This document shows, piece after piece, positions 50,422-58,836 of a stretch of 64,000 bases of DNA. Position 1 is the stretch's first letter. Each line of letters opens with the position of its first letter. The DNA is taken from the IMG/VR virus record IMGVR_UViG_3300031867_000001, positions 96,001 to 160,000 of that record; one strand, given 5' to 3'. The notes beneath the pieces were generated by a model, which saw only the letters and a program-made list of their open reading frames with translations, was not told the DNA's origin and did no database searches. A program made the translations under genes and the position numbers. This DNA is from a virus. Taxonomy: Duplodnaviria; Caudoviricetes.

Positions 50422-51171
50422 TTAATCATCATGCATTGCAGCACGAATCTTATCGACACTGTAATACGATGGGGATACAATATCGGTTTTGAAACCCATC
50501 AACTTGAAATACAAATCTGCTTGTAACAAAGATGGTTTATCAAATTGATTCGTCTTGATATCGCTTAACTTAACCGATCCAGTTGACGAAATCTCTTCCA
50601 ACATATTATCATACTCAGCAACATTATCTGCACGAGCTCCACATATTTCAGATAATACATTGGTTGCACCCATACCTGCAAGCAACTCATTCTCAATTGC
50701 AGTCATTGTACCAGCCTTGGAATCGCCACGCAATTGACCGGATTCTTCATCACGTTTTTTATCGTCCAAAGCCAAACCAGTCTTCTTGGAAACGAGCTGT
50801 TGTACACGTTTGATATTTAAGTATCCAACCAGTACGGGTTGTTTTGTACGAACTGGACGATTTGGATCGGATGATAAATGTGGAATATAAACGTATTCGT
50901 ACAATGGAATGTTCAAGAACTTAGCGGCTTTATCAATGTTCTCATATTTCAATACACGAGAACCATCACCAAATTCTTCAATATCCAAACGAAAGTTTGA
51001 TTTATCATCTGCCAAGAACTTTGTAATCCAATTCGTGAATTGAACGTCCGACATGGATGCAAACATTGCTTGATATTTCTTTGCATTAATTCCAGTCGGG
51101 TCCATCAAATTCATTGTTTGAATGACTTTGAATTCGATCTTCTTTCGTTTTTCTTTGATATCTGTAGCCAA
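50422..51171 (-). CDS. rpoB: Phage RNA polymerase beta-like subunit, C-terminal part
   Basis: PVLVGYLNIKRVQQLVSKK...SGQLRGDSKAGTMTAIENELLAGMGATNVLSEICGARADN aligns with VTVGYMYMLKLNHLVDDK...[43 protein letters not shown]; it supplies the region missing from 8180-12502. Confidence 0.88.
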   Translation of the reverse strand: MATDIKEKRKKIEFKVIQTMNLMDPTGINAKKYQAMFASMSDVQFTNWITKFLADDKSNFRLDIEEFGDGSRVLKYENIDKAAKFLNIPLYEYVYIPHLSSDPNRPVRTKQPVLVGYLNIKRVQQLVSKKTGLALDDKKRDEESGQLRGDSKAGTMTAIENELLAGMGATNVLSEICGARADNVAEYDNMLEEISSTGSVKLSDIKTNQFDKPSLLQADLYFKLMGFKTDIVSPSYYSVDKIRAAMHDD

Positions 51172-51214
51172 TGAAGTTTCCTCCTTTCATATCAATGAAT
51201 TTTACATGGAGGAT

Positions 51215-52873
51215 TTAGTCCTCCATGTAATCTCCGAATACATTTTCGTATGAATAATATTCCGACATAAATTCTTCGAAACATTCATGGACATATTTCT
51301 TTACAAAATCATGTCTCATTTGCGTCGACTCATTCGGTTTGGTATCTTTTAATATTCTCATTCTATATTTAAATTCTTTTTCAAGATCTTTCTTTGCTTT
51401 ATCATATTTTTCTTTGTATTGAACAAGTTTGTCATTAGAAGATATGAAATTCTTCACTTCGTCAAAAAGATTTAAGTTTTGTTTTAATTTTTCCAATGTA
51501 TCAGAATACTTTTCTCGAGTATACTCAGACAATTCCTCAAATTCTGTATCAAAGCTTTCATATTTACTAATTAAAATTCGATTGAAGGCCCTGAGCTTAT
51601 AAAGACTCGACTTTCTGACTTCTGCATAAGATTTAATCTCTTTTAAGATATCATTTATTTTTGACATAGCTTTATTGATTTCAGCCGTGCCTTCTTCTAT
51701 GTAATGTTTAAGCCAAGAGCGATTTGGGTTTTCTTCAAGATCCTTTTTATCACTGTCCACACGTTTTTTGTAAAATTCGATATCATGTTCAGCATTATCT
51801 TTATCATGCATTAAATCTTCGAGACGTTCTATATTTTCTAACAACTCATCATTCACGGACGCACGTTCGTTCCGAATCAATTTATCAATCGAATCATAAA
51901 AATTCCCATATGTATTGATGACAGATTTTAAGTATTGATAAAGTTGTTTTCCGGATTTAATTTTTACAACCGCTTCTTTAAATTTATCAATAAATTTTAA
52001 GCTTTGTATTATTTTATAATTCTGCTTAATTTCGTAATCAATTGACATTCTACCCATTTCCATCGATTTCTGCATATCGACATACCATCTTTCGATTTCT
52101 TTGCTGGTAACACCACGTGTTGCACCAGAACGTTTTACCGCACGTTTTCTACCAGCATACTTTGTACGTACTCTGGCGGTTTTAGCTGCATGAAGATCGG
52201 CTTCAATTTCTTCCGGATTTTTCTTTGGACCCCCTCCACCAATACCAAAAAATCCAGTTTGACCAGGCATCATATATGATCCATCATCATGTGTATTAAT
52301 ATTCTTACCGGAATCGATAGCTTGACGAATATGTTTAATTCCTCTTTCGTTTGGATCCTCACCACGTTGCCAATGATCGCTTTGACCAGTTACGTCAAAT
52401 TTATTATGTCCTTTTTCATGTTGAAGTGTTAATACCCGTTCGGTTTGATGTTTATTTCTATTTTCAATATTAATCGATTTTGCATACGGGCTGTATTGGG
52501 ATCCCTCGGCATTGTTGATATTAAACTTTACTCTGTGACCTTCAGCATCGGATTTGATGGTGTTGGTTTTTGGATCAAAATCTTGCATGATTAAAAAATT
52601 ACGCAATGCACGTGCTTTCTTTGCAGCAGCTGGAGATTTTGCATTAACATCACCCCAGTTATGTTTCTTCATGTATGCATCAATCTCGTCTGCTTTCTTA
52701 CGACGAACGGTTGCCTCCATGAACATATCAAACATTTCCGAAACATATTCGTCCAAAGCATCATTACCATATCCAGCGTATTCCAACATCATGTCTGCTT
52801 TATCCAAACATGAAAGCATTGCTTCTACAACATTATCTTCTGATTGTTGCATTAACATATCTAATTCATACAT
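51215..52873 (-). CDS. Probable head protein with a zincin (HExxH) domain and coiled coil
   Basis: LQHEKGH plus PEEIEADLHA; acidic Met/Tyr-rich propeptide ending MFMEA; AT-rich coiled-coil C-half. Confidence 0.65.
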   Translation of the reverse strand: MYELDMLMQQSEDNVVEAMLSCLDKADMMLEYAGYGNDALDEYVSEMFDMFMEATVRRKKADEIDAYMKKHNWGDVNAKSPAAAKKARALRNFLIMQDFDPKTNTIKSDAEGHRVKFNINNAEGSQYSPYAKSINIENRNKHQTERVLTLQHEKGHNKFDVTGQSDHWQRGEDPNERGIKHIRQAIDSGKNINTHDDGSYMMPGQTGFFGIGGGGPKKNPEEIEADLHAAKTARVRTKYAGRKRAVKRSGATRGVTSKEIERWYVDMQKSMEMGRMSIDYEIKQNYKIIQSLKFIDKFKEAVVKIKSGKQLYQYLKSVINTYGNFYDSIDKLIRNERASVNDELLENIERLEDLMHDKDNAEHDIEFYKKRVDSDKKDLEENPNRSWLKHYIEEGTAEINKAMSKINDILKEIKSYAEVRKSSLYKLRAFNRILISKYESFDTEFEELSEYTREKYSDTLEKLKQNLNLFDEVKNFISSNDKLVQYKEKYDKAKKDLEKEFKYRMRILKDTKPNESTQMRHDFVKKYVHECFEEFMSEYYSYENVFGDYMED

Positions 52874-52887
52874 AAAACATCGTCCTT

Positions 52888-53364
52888 TCAAATATAATGT
52901 TTCCGCATATATAAACGATTCAATTGATCATATGTAATACCAATTACAACTTGATTGGATTCCGATCCATATGTCAAACGATCGGTTCCAGTAATCATAA
53001 TGACCAATGCATTTGTATGCGGATCTGTTGAATCGATTGATACATCAACCGTTATCCCAGTCAATTGTAAACGATTACATTGATCATTGATTTTTGTTTT
53101 GATTCTATCAATATTTGATTTATCATCTGCATACTCATGTAAGTATGATTCAATATCAATACCCAATTCCGGAATGGACGGATACTGACCCGGTTTCATC
53201 ATTAATAATGTTAATATGATATTCACACACATTTCAAATGATGATAATACTTTTGGTTTATGTAAATCATTTAATTCCAAAGGCGTATCATATCCGATTG
53301 TTTGAAACTTGGATGGGTATCGCTTCTCAACTTCTGCCAATGCAATTCCTTTAATGTCCAACAT
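52888..53364 (-). CDS. Baseplate wedge subunit, T4 gp25/gpW-like
   Basis: ILTLLMMKPGQYPSIPELGIDIESYLHE matches the gp25 signature (LL.T..GER...PEFG....YLFE). Confidence 0.75.
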   Translation of the reverse strand: MLDIKGIALAEVEKRYPSKFQTIGYDTPLELNDLHKPKVLSSFEMCVNIILTLLMMKPGQYPSIPELGIDIESYLHEYADDKSNIDRIKTKINDQCNRLQLTGITVDVSIDSTDPHTNALVIMITGTDRLTYGSESNQVVIGITYDQLNRLYMRKHYI

Positions 53365-53379
53365 ACAAAATCACCACCT

Positions 53380-54126
53380 TTATTCTGGTCGGTTTGTATT
53401 TGACTTCACATATGATGCAATAAACTCCTCATAGTTTTTATCAACGATTTTGATGTAATTGATTCCATTCGTATTGGTTTCTGCACGCATACGTTTATCC
53501 TTCAAGAATTCAATCTCACGAGAATGCTCCATTCTACCAGACGTATTATCACTCTCTTTGATTTCTACCTCCAATGACAATGATGGAATGTAGAAATCCG
53601 GAATGTAAAGATGTGTCGAACCGTCTTGCCACTTGTACCAATAATTGTTTGGTGATGGTGCAATGATATCATCTGGAGACCAATCCAATGATTTCAATTG
53701 ATTCAAGAAATCCGCTTCATATGAACCAATCACACGGAATTTATGTTTTTCATCCCACACATAATCACGTGCTTGTGGATGATTGTATATCATCTTACGT
53801 TGCATATCCGCATCATTCAACAAATGTTCTTTTCCATACTTATTCTTCATCCGAGTTTTCATCATGGTAACGTATGCTTCCTTGCAATGTGGATCATCAC
53901 AAAGTCGTTCATACTTCAATGTCTCGCGATTGAAATGAACTGGATTCTTTCGGCATTGTGTACACAACCGACCCATGTCTTTATGGACAAATAATGAATA
54001 TGCATATTCCAATGGTTCACATTCATCTGGAATCATGTCATTGTGTTTACCTGCAACATGATTACAGTATTTATGTTTATCATTGAAGGATCGATCACAG
54101 AACAAACACTTTACTGCTCGAGCCAT
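53380..54126 (-). CDS. Zn-finger plus PD-(D/E)XK (TnsA/T4 gp4-like) endonuclease
   Basis: CLFC...HVAGKH (C2H2), CTQC...CDDPHC, GSYEADF, HLYIPDFYIPSLSLEVEIKE; SD AAGGAG before ATG 54126. Confidence 0.75.
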   Translation of the reverse strand: MARAVKCLFCDRSFNDKHKYCNHVAGKHNDMIPDECEPLEYAYSLFVHKDMGRLCTQCRKNPVHFNRETLKYERLCDDPHCKEAYVTMMKTRMKNKYGKEHLLNDADMQRKMIYNHPQARDYVWDEKHKFRVIGSYEADFLNQLKSLDWSPDDIIAPSPNNYWYKWQDGSTHLYIPDFYIPSLSLEVEIKESDNTSGRMEHSREIEFLKDKRMRAETNTNGINYIKIVDKNYEEFIASYVKSNTNRPE

Positions 54127-54190
54127 AAAAATAACTCCTTCCTTATTTAATATACACTTAAAGTGTTTATGATTTCCGTTGGACAAAAAA

Positions 54191-54202
54191 TAAACAATCG
54201 TT
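54191..54202 (-). promoter_or_regulatory. Putative late promoter AACG-N6-TA
   Basis: Minus strand AACG-ATTGTT-TA heading the 54126-48578 operon. Confidence 0.55.
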
Positions 54203-54243
54203 TATATCCAAACATTATTCATATACATAAAAAAATACAAACT

Positions 54244-54271
54244 TGGAAGCCGGGGATATCCCCGGCTTCCA
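54244..54271. terminator. Terminator, perfect 28-bp palindrome
   Basis: TGGAAGCCGGGGATATCCCCGGCTTCCA after the 54286 stop. Confidence 0.8.
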
Positions 54272-54285
54272 TTCATGCTAATGGT

Positions 54286-54687
54286 TTACTTTGAATTGAA
54301 ATATTCTGCGTATTTTTGACGCAGTTCTTCAATCATTGCCTCTCTTTCGTTTTCCAGTTGCTTCTTACGCTGGTTTGCAGCCTCTTCTTTCTCCGCAATC
54401 ATTCGGTGCATTGCGAAACGCTGCTCCAGAGTATAGCGCTTGTAGATCTTGCGATACGCTTCGCCGTCCTTGAAATGGACAACGATCTCGTCCATTTCAA
54501 TTTCGCCATATGCGTACTTCTTGAAGAATCTGACATGGATATCATCTCTATAGACAGCCATTCCATCGTAGGTGTAGCCGTCATCCAACAGCTGTCTGCA
54601 ATACGGAATCATTCCGTGCAGGTCGCCGGTTTTACGCTCAGCATACACCCTAATCTGAGCGATTGCATCGTATTTGTTTTCCATCAT
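54286..54687 (-). CDS. Hypothetical early protein (~133 aa)
   Basis: SD AAGGAGGAATT before ATG 54687; C-terminal coiled coil. Confidence 0.75.
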   Translation of the reverse strand: MMENKYDAIAQIRVYAERKTGDLHGMIPYCRQLLDDGYTYDGMAVYRDDIHVRFFKKYAYGEIEMDEIVVHFKDGEAYRKIYKRYTLEQRFAMHRMIAEKEEAANQRKKQLENEREAMIEELRQKYAEYFNSK

Positions 54688-54709
54688 GATAAATTCCTCC
54701 TTAAAAAAT

Positions 54710-54731
54710 ACCCCCGCCACATGGCGGGGGT
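54710..54731 (-). terminator. Intrinsic terminator-like hairpin between two early genes
   Basis: ACCCCCGCCA-CA-TGGCGGGGGT followed on the minus strand by ATTTTTT and then the next SD. Confidence 0.7.
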
Positions 54732-54742
54732 GCAGTGTGTTC

Positions 54743-55396
54743 TTAGTACGACATCACTCTCGCGAGCTTGGCGAACTTCTCCTTGTTGTAGTCCTTTACA
54801 AGGAGCTCATACTCCTTGAAGACCTTGTTGGAAGAGCTATAGCGAACCAACTTTCCGTCGTACGCATATACGGTAATTCCCCCAATAGAACTGAGGGTGA
54901 TCTTGAGTTCATTACCGTCACAGCAACGACCCTTGATACGGAGGTCACCGAATTCAGCTTCTGCGGAGTTGATGGTCGCACCCTGTGCAACAATCTCACG
55001 AACGATAGCAGTCATGACCACCATCTTGTTAGTGATCGACTCTTTCATACAGAACTCGACAATTGCTCCGGTCACATCTTCAGTGCTCATACCATAAAGA
55101 GCTCTCCGCGCAGCTCTCTCGGCTTCGCGTCTGATCTCTTCTGCACGTCTTGCGGCATCGCGCTCAGCCTGACGGCGAGCTGCAGCACGCTCTGCTTCGC
55201 GGCGGATCTCTGCAGCGCGGCGAGAGGTGTAGTCCTCATCAGCTGCTGCTGCGACTGCTGCAGCACCCAACAGCCCGCCAATGATCATTGCTGCGCCGAT
55301 TGCAGCGTCATTGTCAGTGTTGTTGTTTCTACGTACAGGTGTTGCATTGGAGAAACCTCCATAGATTTTCTCCGAATCGTTAAACTTAATGCTCAT
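54743..55396 (-). CDS. Early membrane-associated protein with a charged helical repeat (~217 aa)
   Basis: AAIGAAMIIGGLLGAAAVAAAA hydrophobic segment, then RRA(A/E)EIRREAERAA twice; GC-rich. Confidence 0.75.
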   Translation of the reverse strand: MSIKFNDSEKIYGGFSNATPVRRNNNTDNDAAIGAAMIIGGLLGAAAVAAAADEDYTSRRAAEIRREAERAAARRQAERDAARRAEEIRREAERAARRALYGMSTEDVTGAIVEFCMKESITNKMVVMTAIVREIVAQGATINSAEAEFGDLRIKGRCCDGNELKITLSSIGGITVYAYDGKLVRYSSSNKVFKEYELLVKDYNKEKFAKLARVMSY

Positions 55397-55513
55397 AGCA
55401 TCCTCACTTTCTCTGGGATAGTCCCAGGTCATGTCTCATCATAAGGAAGCATACATTAATTGCAAGATTTTGCTTCCATGATAATAAGGTTACGAGACGT
55501 TTGGTTATTCCCT

Positions 55514-55540
55514 TATCATATTAATTATATATATTTGAAA
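55514..55540 (-). promoter_or_regulatory. Putative phage early promoter
   Basis: Identical to 13462-13488. Confidence 0.75.
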
Positions 55541-55579
55541 TTTCGAAATAATAGAATCGACATACATTATTAGTTATCA

Positions 55580-55591
55580 AACGAGATTTTA
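55580..55591 (+). promoter_or_regulatory. Putative late promoter AACG-N6-TA
   Basis: AACG-AGATTT-TA upstream of the 55657 gene. Confidence 0.6.
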
Positions 55592-55656
55592 ACTTTGTTG
55601 ATTATACATTTAATATGTAATCAACTTTGAAATTCATATGTTAAGGAGTAAAGTTT

Positions 55657-58600
55657 ATGGATAATAAGAACGATGTAAAATTCATTTACAACAATGGATT
55701 CCGTGAAACTTGTGAATCTATGTTAAAAACATACGATCACAGTTTAAATGAATTAAGAAATGTTGTAACTGGAAAAACCGTAGCACCTGACGAGTATGCA
55801 GTATGTAATCGCGAATATAAGTTCAGATACATCAGTCCAAACAACATTGCAGAATACGCTTCATTGTTAATCAAAGTTTTGTTCAACCATTTGATTTCAG
55901 TAAATGTAACTGACATTGAGAAGTTCTCTGTTGAATGTGCTTGCAGATTCGTTGGTGAAAATGATTGTGATGGATTCAAATGGGATAATATCTATGAGGA
56001 TTCTGGATATACCCGACATGATATTGGTTTGAGAGAATTGATTGTGTATTGTCAGAATGAGTTCTTCTCCAATATCGTAGTAAGCAAGTATGAGATGGAT
56101 GAACGTCGTAATCACATCAAGAAGGATTATGATAAGATTAATGGCATTCACTTGTCTGCAAACATCAGACGTATGATCGATGCAATTCCGAGACTTATGG
56201 AGAAGACGGACTTTGTCAACATGGGTAATGACGAGAGACTCGTCGTTACAACATTCATCGAGAACTTTGTGATGTTTGCAATCAATCTGACATTGTCCAG
56301 TGTTGTATCCATGATCATGTATTGTGTTCCCAGAAGTACTTACAATACTGCATTGAGACATCATGACTTGAAGGTTGATAATAATTCATTGCTGGATGAT
56401 GAATACTTCAAAGAGAGTGTTGATGAATCAACTCACAAGCCGGTATATGTGATCTTCACCGATACCAAGAGTATTGTTGCAAACCCAATCAAGAAAGTCA
56501 CCAAGAGCGATTTCAATCATGCGTCATTTGCATTTGATCCATCATTTGAAACCGTTTATACATTCAATCGTAAAGGTGACTCTGGATTCACCATTGAAGA
56601 CTTCTCAACGAACTTATTCCAACAGATGGATTGTTCTGTATTTGTTGCATTTGTTTCTGATTCCGATTACAGGAAAATGAAGAAATATGTAAAGTATATT
56701 GAGAAGAACCAGATGTTTACAAAATATGATTGGGGTGTTGTTCGTGCAATGTTGTTCAACAAAGACACCGAGTCTTCTGATTTCCGTGGTGTTTGTTCCA
56801 CATTCGTAAACAACATCTTCAAAGTCATTGGTAAGAATTATACCGAGAAAGACAGCCCCAATCAAGAAGAGTTGAGAAGTTCAATCAATACAAACAAGGA
56901 TCAATTCAATGAAATCTACAATGGTCCTGTTGCAGATATGACCAAGGATTCCATTGTCGAGAAAACACATGACTTTGCAAAATACAAGAAGAGTCATTCT
57001 ATTTCCGAATATGTAACTGAATGCTGCTTACTGAAAACAAACAACATCGTATTCAATAACAAGCTTCCGTTCAATATCAACATGAGAAACATTGTTCTTC
57101 AGGATATGCATCCAAACTTCAAGGATACTGTTACGGCTGTGAAATTCATTATGAACGATAGTCGTTCTCCGGTAAACCAGATGATTATCAAGTATGGATC
57201 ATATAATGTTGGTAATCAAATCAATCCCGACATGATTGTTCGGATGTTTATCGGACAACCGTGTTCAACATTTGACAACTTCTCCAATTATCAAAACTTC
57301 TACAACGATACGGATTTCCATTCCGATGTCAATTGGCTTGATAAAATCACATTTGGTGACCCATATCAAGACGGCAATTACCGAACCGATGCCGTTGGTA
57401 ATAACCACAGACATCCAGTTGTTATGACCTTGAGAACACTGTATCAGATGTATGGTGATCATTTGTGTAAAACCAACCAAGACTTGGCTGACAATATCGA
57501 GCGTGTTGGTAATGCAATGATTGGTATTGCTCAAGTATACAAAGATTGTGGAATCAGAAACTGGGAACTCGTCCGTGACATTCTTGCAGTATTTGGTGAA
57601 ATCATGACCAAGTGTATCATTCGTTTGTACAATAACCACATGACTGTGATTGTTGCATCTGACAATATGGATGACACTATGATTCCTGGATATATGTATG
57701 AAGAATACTTTGTCGAAGATGGTGAAAGTGGTAAACCCACTGTAACTGTTGCAAATGCAAATTCTGCATCGAACCAAGGCAAGTCCACTGGTAAGCAGAT
57801 TCTTGCAAAAGGTAAAGAATTCTTAAAGCAGATGATTCATAAATTCTCCGGTTGGGTTACGGATGGATTGGCAAAGGTTCCACAGAAGTTTGTGGATGCA
57901 CATAAAGCCGAACTGGATTGGGTTTCTAAACATTCCGATTTGAACAATAAGATCGCGGCATCCATTTGTAACGACTTTAATCCGCATGTCGAGAACTGGC
58001 CTCTGTACAAGATACCGATTCAAGATATCAAAGCTGCGGCTAATAAGATTCCTACAATTGTTGCAGAATTAAAGAATTCCAATGATCCTATTGATATGAC
58101 TTCCGTTAAGAAGAGATTCTATAACGCAATTGGCTCAGAGAGTGGTTTGTCCAATATCGAAGTGAATGGACATGAAGGTTCTAAAGAAAATAAGAATATG
58201 TCTGCTGAAGAAAAGGCAGTAACGAACTGGATCTTGTATTCGAATGTAAATCCAACCAATACCACAACAAATCAATTGACTGCTGATAACTGGACTGATT
58301 TGATTAAAAACATTTCCGAATCTCCTAAAGCAGTTAAGGAAGCAATTGATGCAATTTCCAATGGATTTAAGAAAGCTTCTGAAGACATCAATAAAGAACT
58401 CAGTGCTCTTAAAGAAAGCAAACCAGATGGAGACGCTACAACCGAATATGCTTTCGATGATATTTCCGAATATGATTATTACGCTGAAGCAGATAATCAG
58501 ACACCACAAGGACAAAACTCTGGTAATGATGCTGATGCTAAGATCAAGAAACTCACTACAATTTTCAATGGTTTGACTGATCTGTCTAAAGTATTTGGTT

Positions 58601-58821
58601 CCAGTGTTGCTAAGGTTTTGAACGAGAAGTTCTATAGAACTTGCTATAACTTGTACAGAGATATGGTAACTGCATATCAGCAAAGCAATGGTAAATTCAA
58701 TGATCAGCAGCCTGAGAAGAAGGAAGAACCAACAAAGGATCAAGCTGCTGATGAATCAGCTGCAACAAATAATGTGAATACTAATCAAGCTACTGGTGAG
58801 ACCAATCCTGAAACTAAATAA
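55657..58821 (+). CDS. Probable internal head polyprotein with a permuted papain-like (YiiX/YebB-type) domain
   Basis: IKKVTKSDFNHASFAFD...KYDW...GVCSTFV (His before Cys); domain bounded by YFKES and YVTEC; further YFVED and YYAEA motifs. Confidence 0.7.
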   Translation: MDNKNDVKFIYNNGFRETCESMLKTYDHSLNELRNVVTGKTVAPDEYAVCNREYKFRYISPNNIAEYASLLIKVLFNHLISVNVTDIEKFSVECACRFVGENDCDGFKWDNIYEDSGYTRHDIGLRELIVYCQNEFFSNIVVSKYEMDERRNHIKKDYDKINGIHLSANIRRMIDAIPRLMEKTDFVNMGNDERLVVTTFIENFVMFAINLTLSSVVSMIMYCVPRSTYNTALRHHDLKVDNNSLLDDEYFKESVDESTHKPVYVIFTDTKSIVANPIKKVTKSDFNHASFAFDPSFETVYTFNRKGDSGFTIEDFSTNLFQQMDCSVFVAFVSDSDYRKMKKYVKYIEKNQMFTKYDWGVVRAMLFNKDTESSDFRGVCSTFVNNIFKVIGKNYTEKDSPNQEELRSSINTNKDQFNEIYNGPVADMTKDSIVEKTHDFAKYKKSHSISEYVTECCLLKTNNIVFNNKLPFNINMRNIVLQDMHPNFKDTVTAVKFIMNDSRSPVNQMIIKYGSYNVGNQINPDMIVRMFIGQPCSTFDNFSNYQNFYNDTDFHSDVNWLDKITFGDPYQDGNYRTDAVGNNHRHPVVMTLRTLYQMYGDHLCKTNQDLADNIERVGNAMIGIAQVYKDCGIRNWELVRDILAVFGEIMTKCIIRLYNNHMTVIVASDNMDDTMIPGYMYEEYFVEDGESGKPTVTVANANSASNQGKSTGKQILAKGKEFLKQMIHKFSGWVTDGLAKVPQKFVDAHKAELDWVSKHSDLNNKIAASICNDFNPHVENWPLYKIPIQDIKAAANKIPTIVAELKNSNDPIDMTSVKKRFYNAIGSESGLSNIEVNGHEGSKENKNMSAEEKAVTNWILYSNVNPTNTTTNQLTADNWTDLIKNISESPKAVKEAIDAISNGFKKASEDINKELSALKESKPDGDATTEYAFDDISEYDYYAEADNQTPQGQNSGNDADAKIKKLTTIFNGLTDLSKVFGSSVAKVLNEKFYRTCYNLYRDMVTAYQQSNGKFNDQQPEKKEEPTKDQAADESAATNNVNTNQATGETNPETK

Positions 58822-58836
58822 GGAGGTATATGAATA

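Noticed and set aside
54674-55444. 256-aa plus-strand ORF (and similar ones at 13514-14080, 44456-45163, 54316-54819)
   Set aside because: Antisense to genes with clear SDs and promoters; explained by local GC and codon bias.
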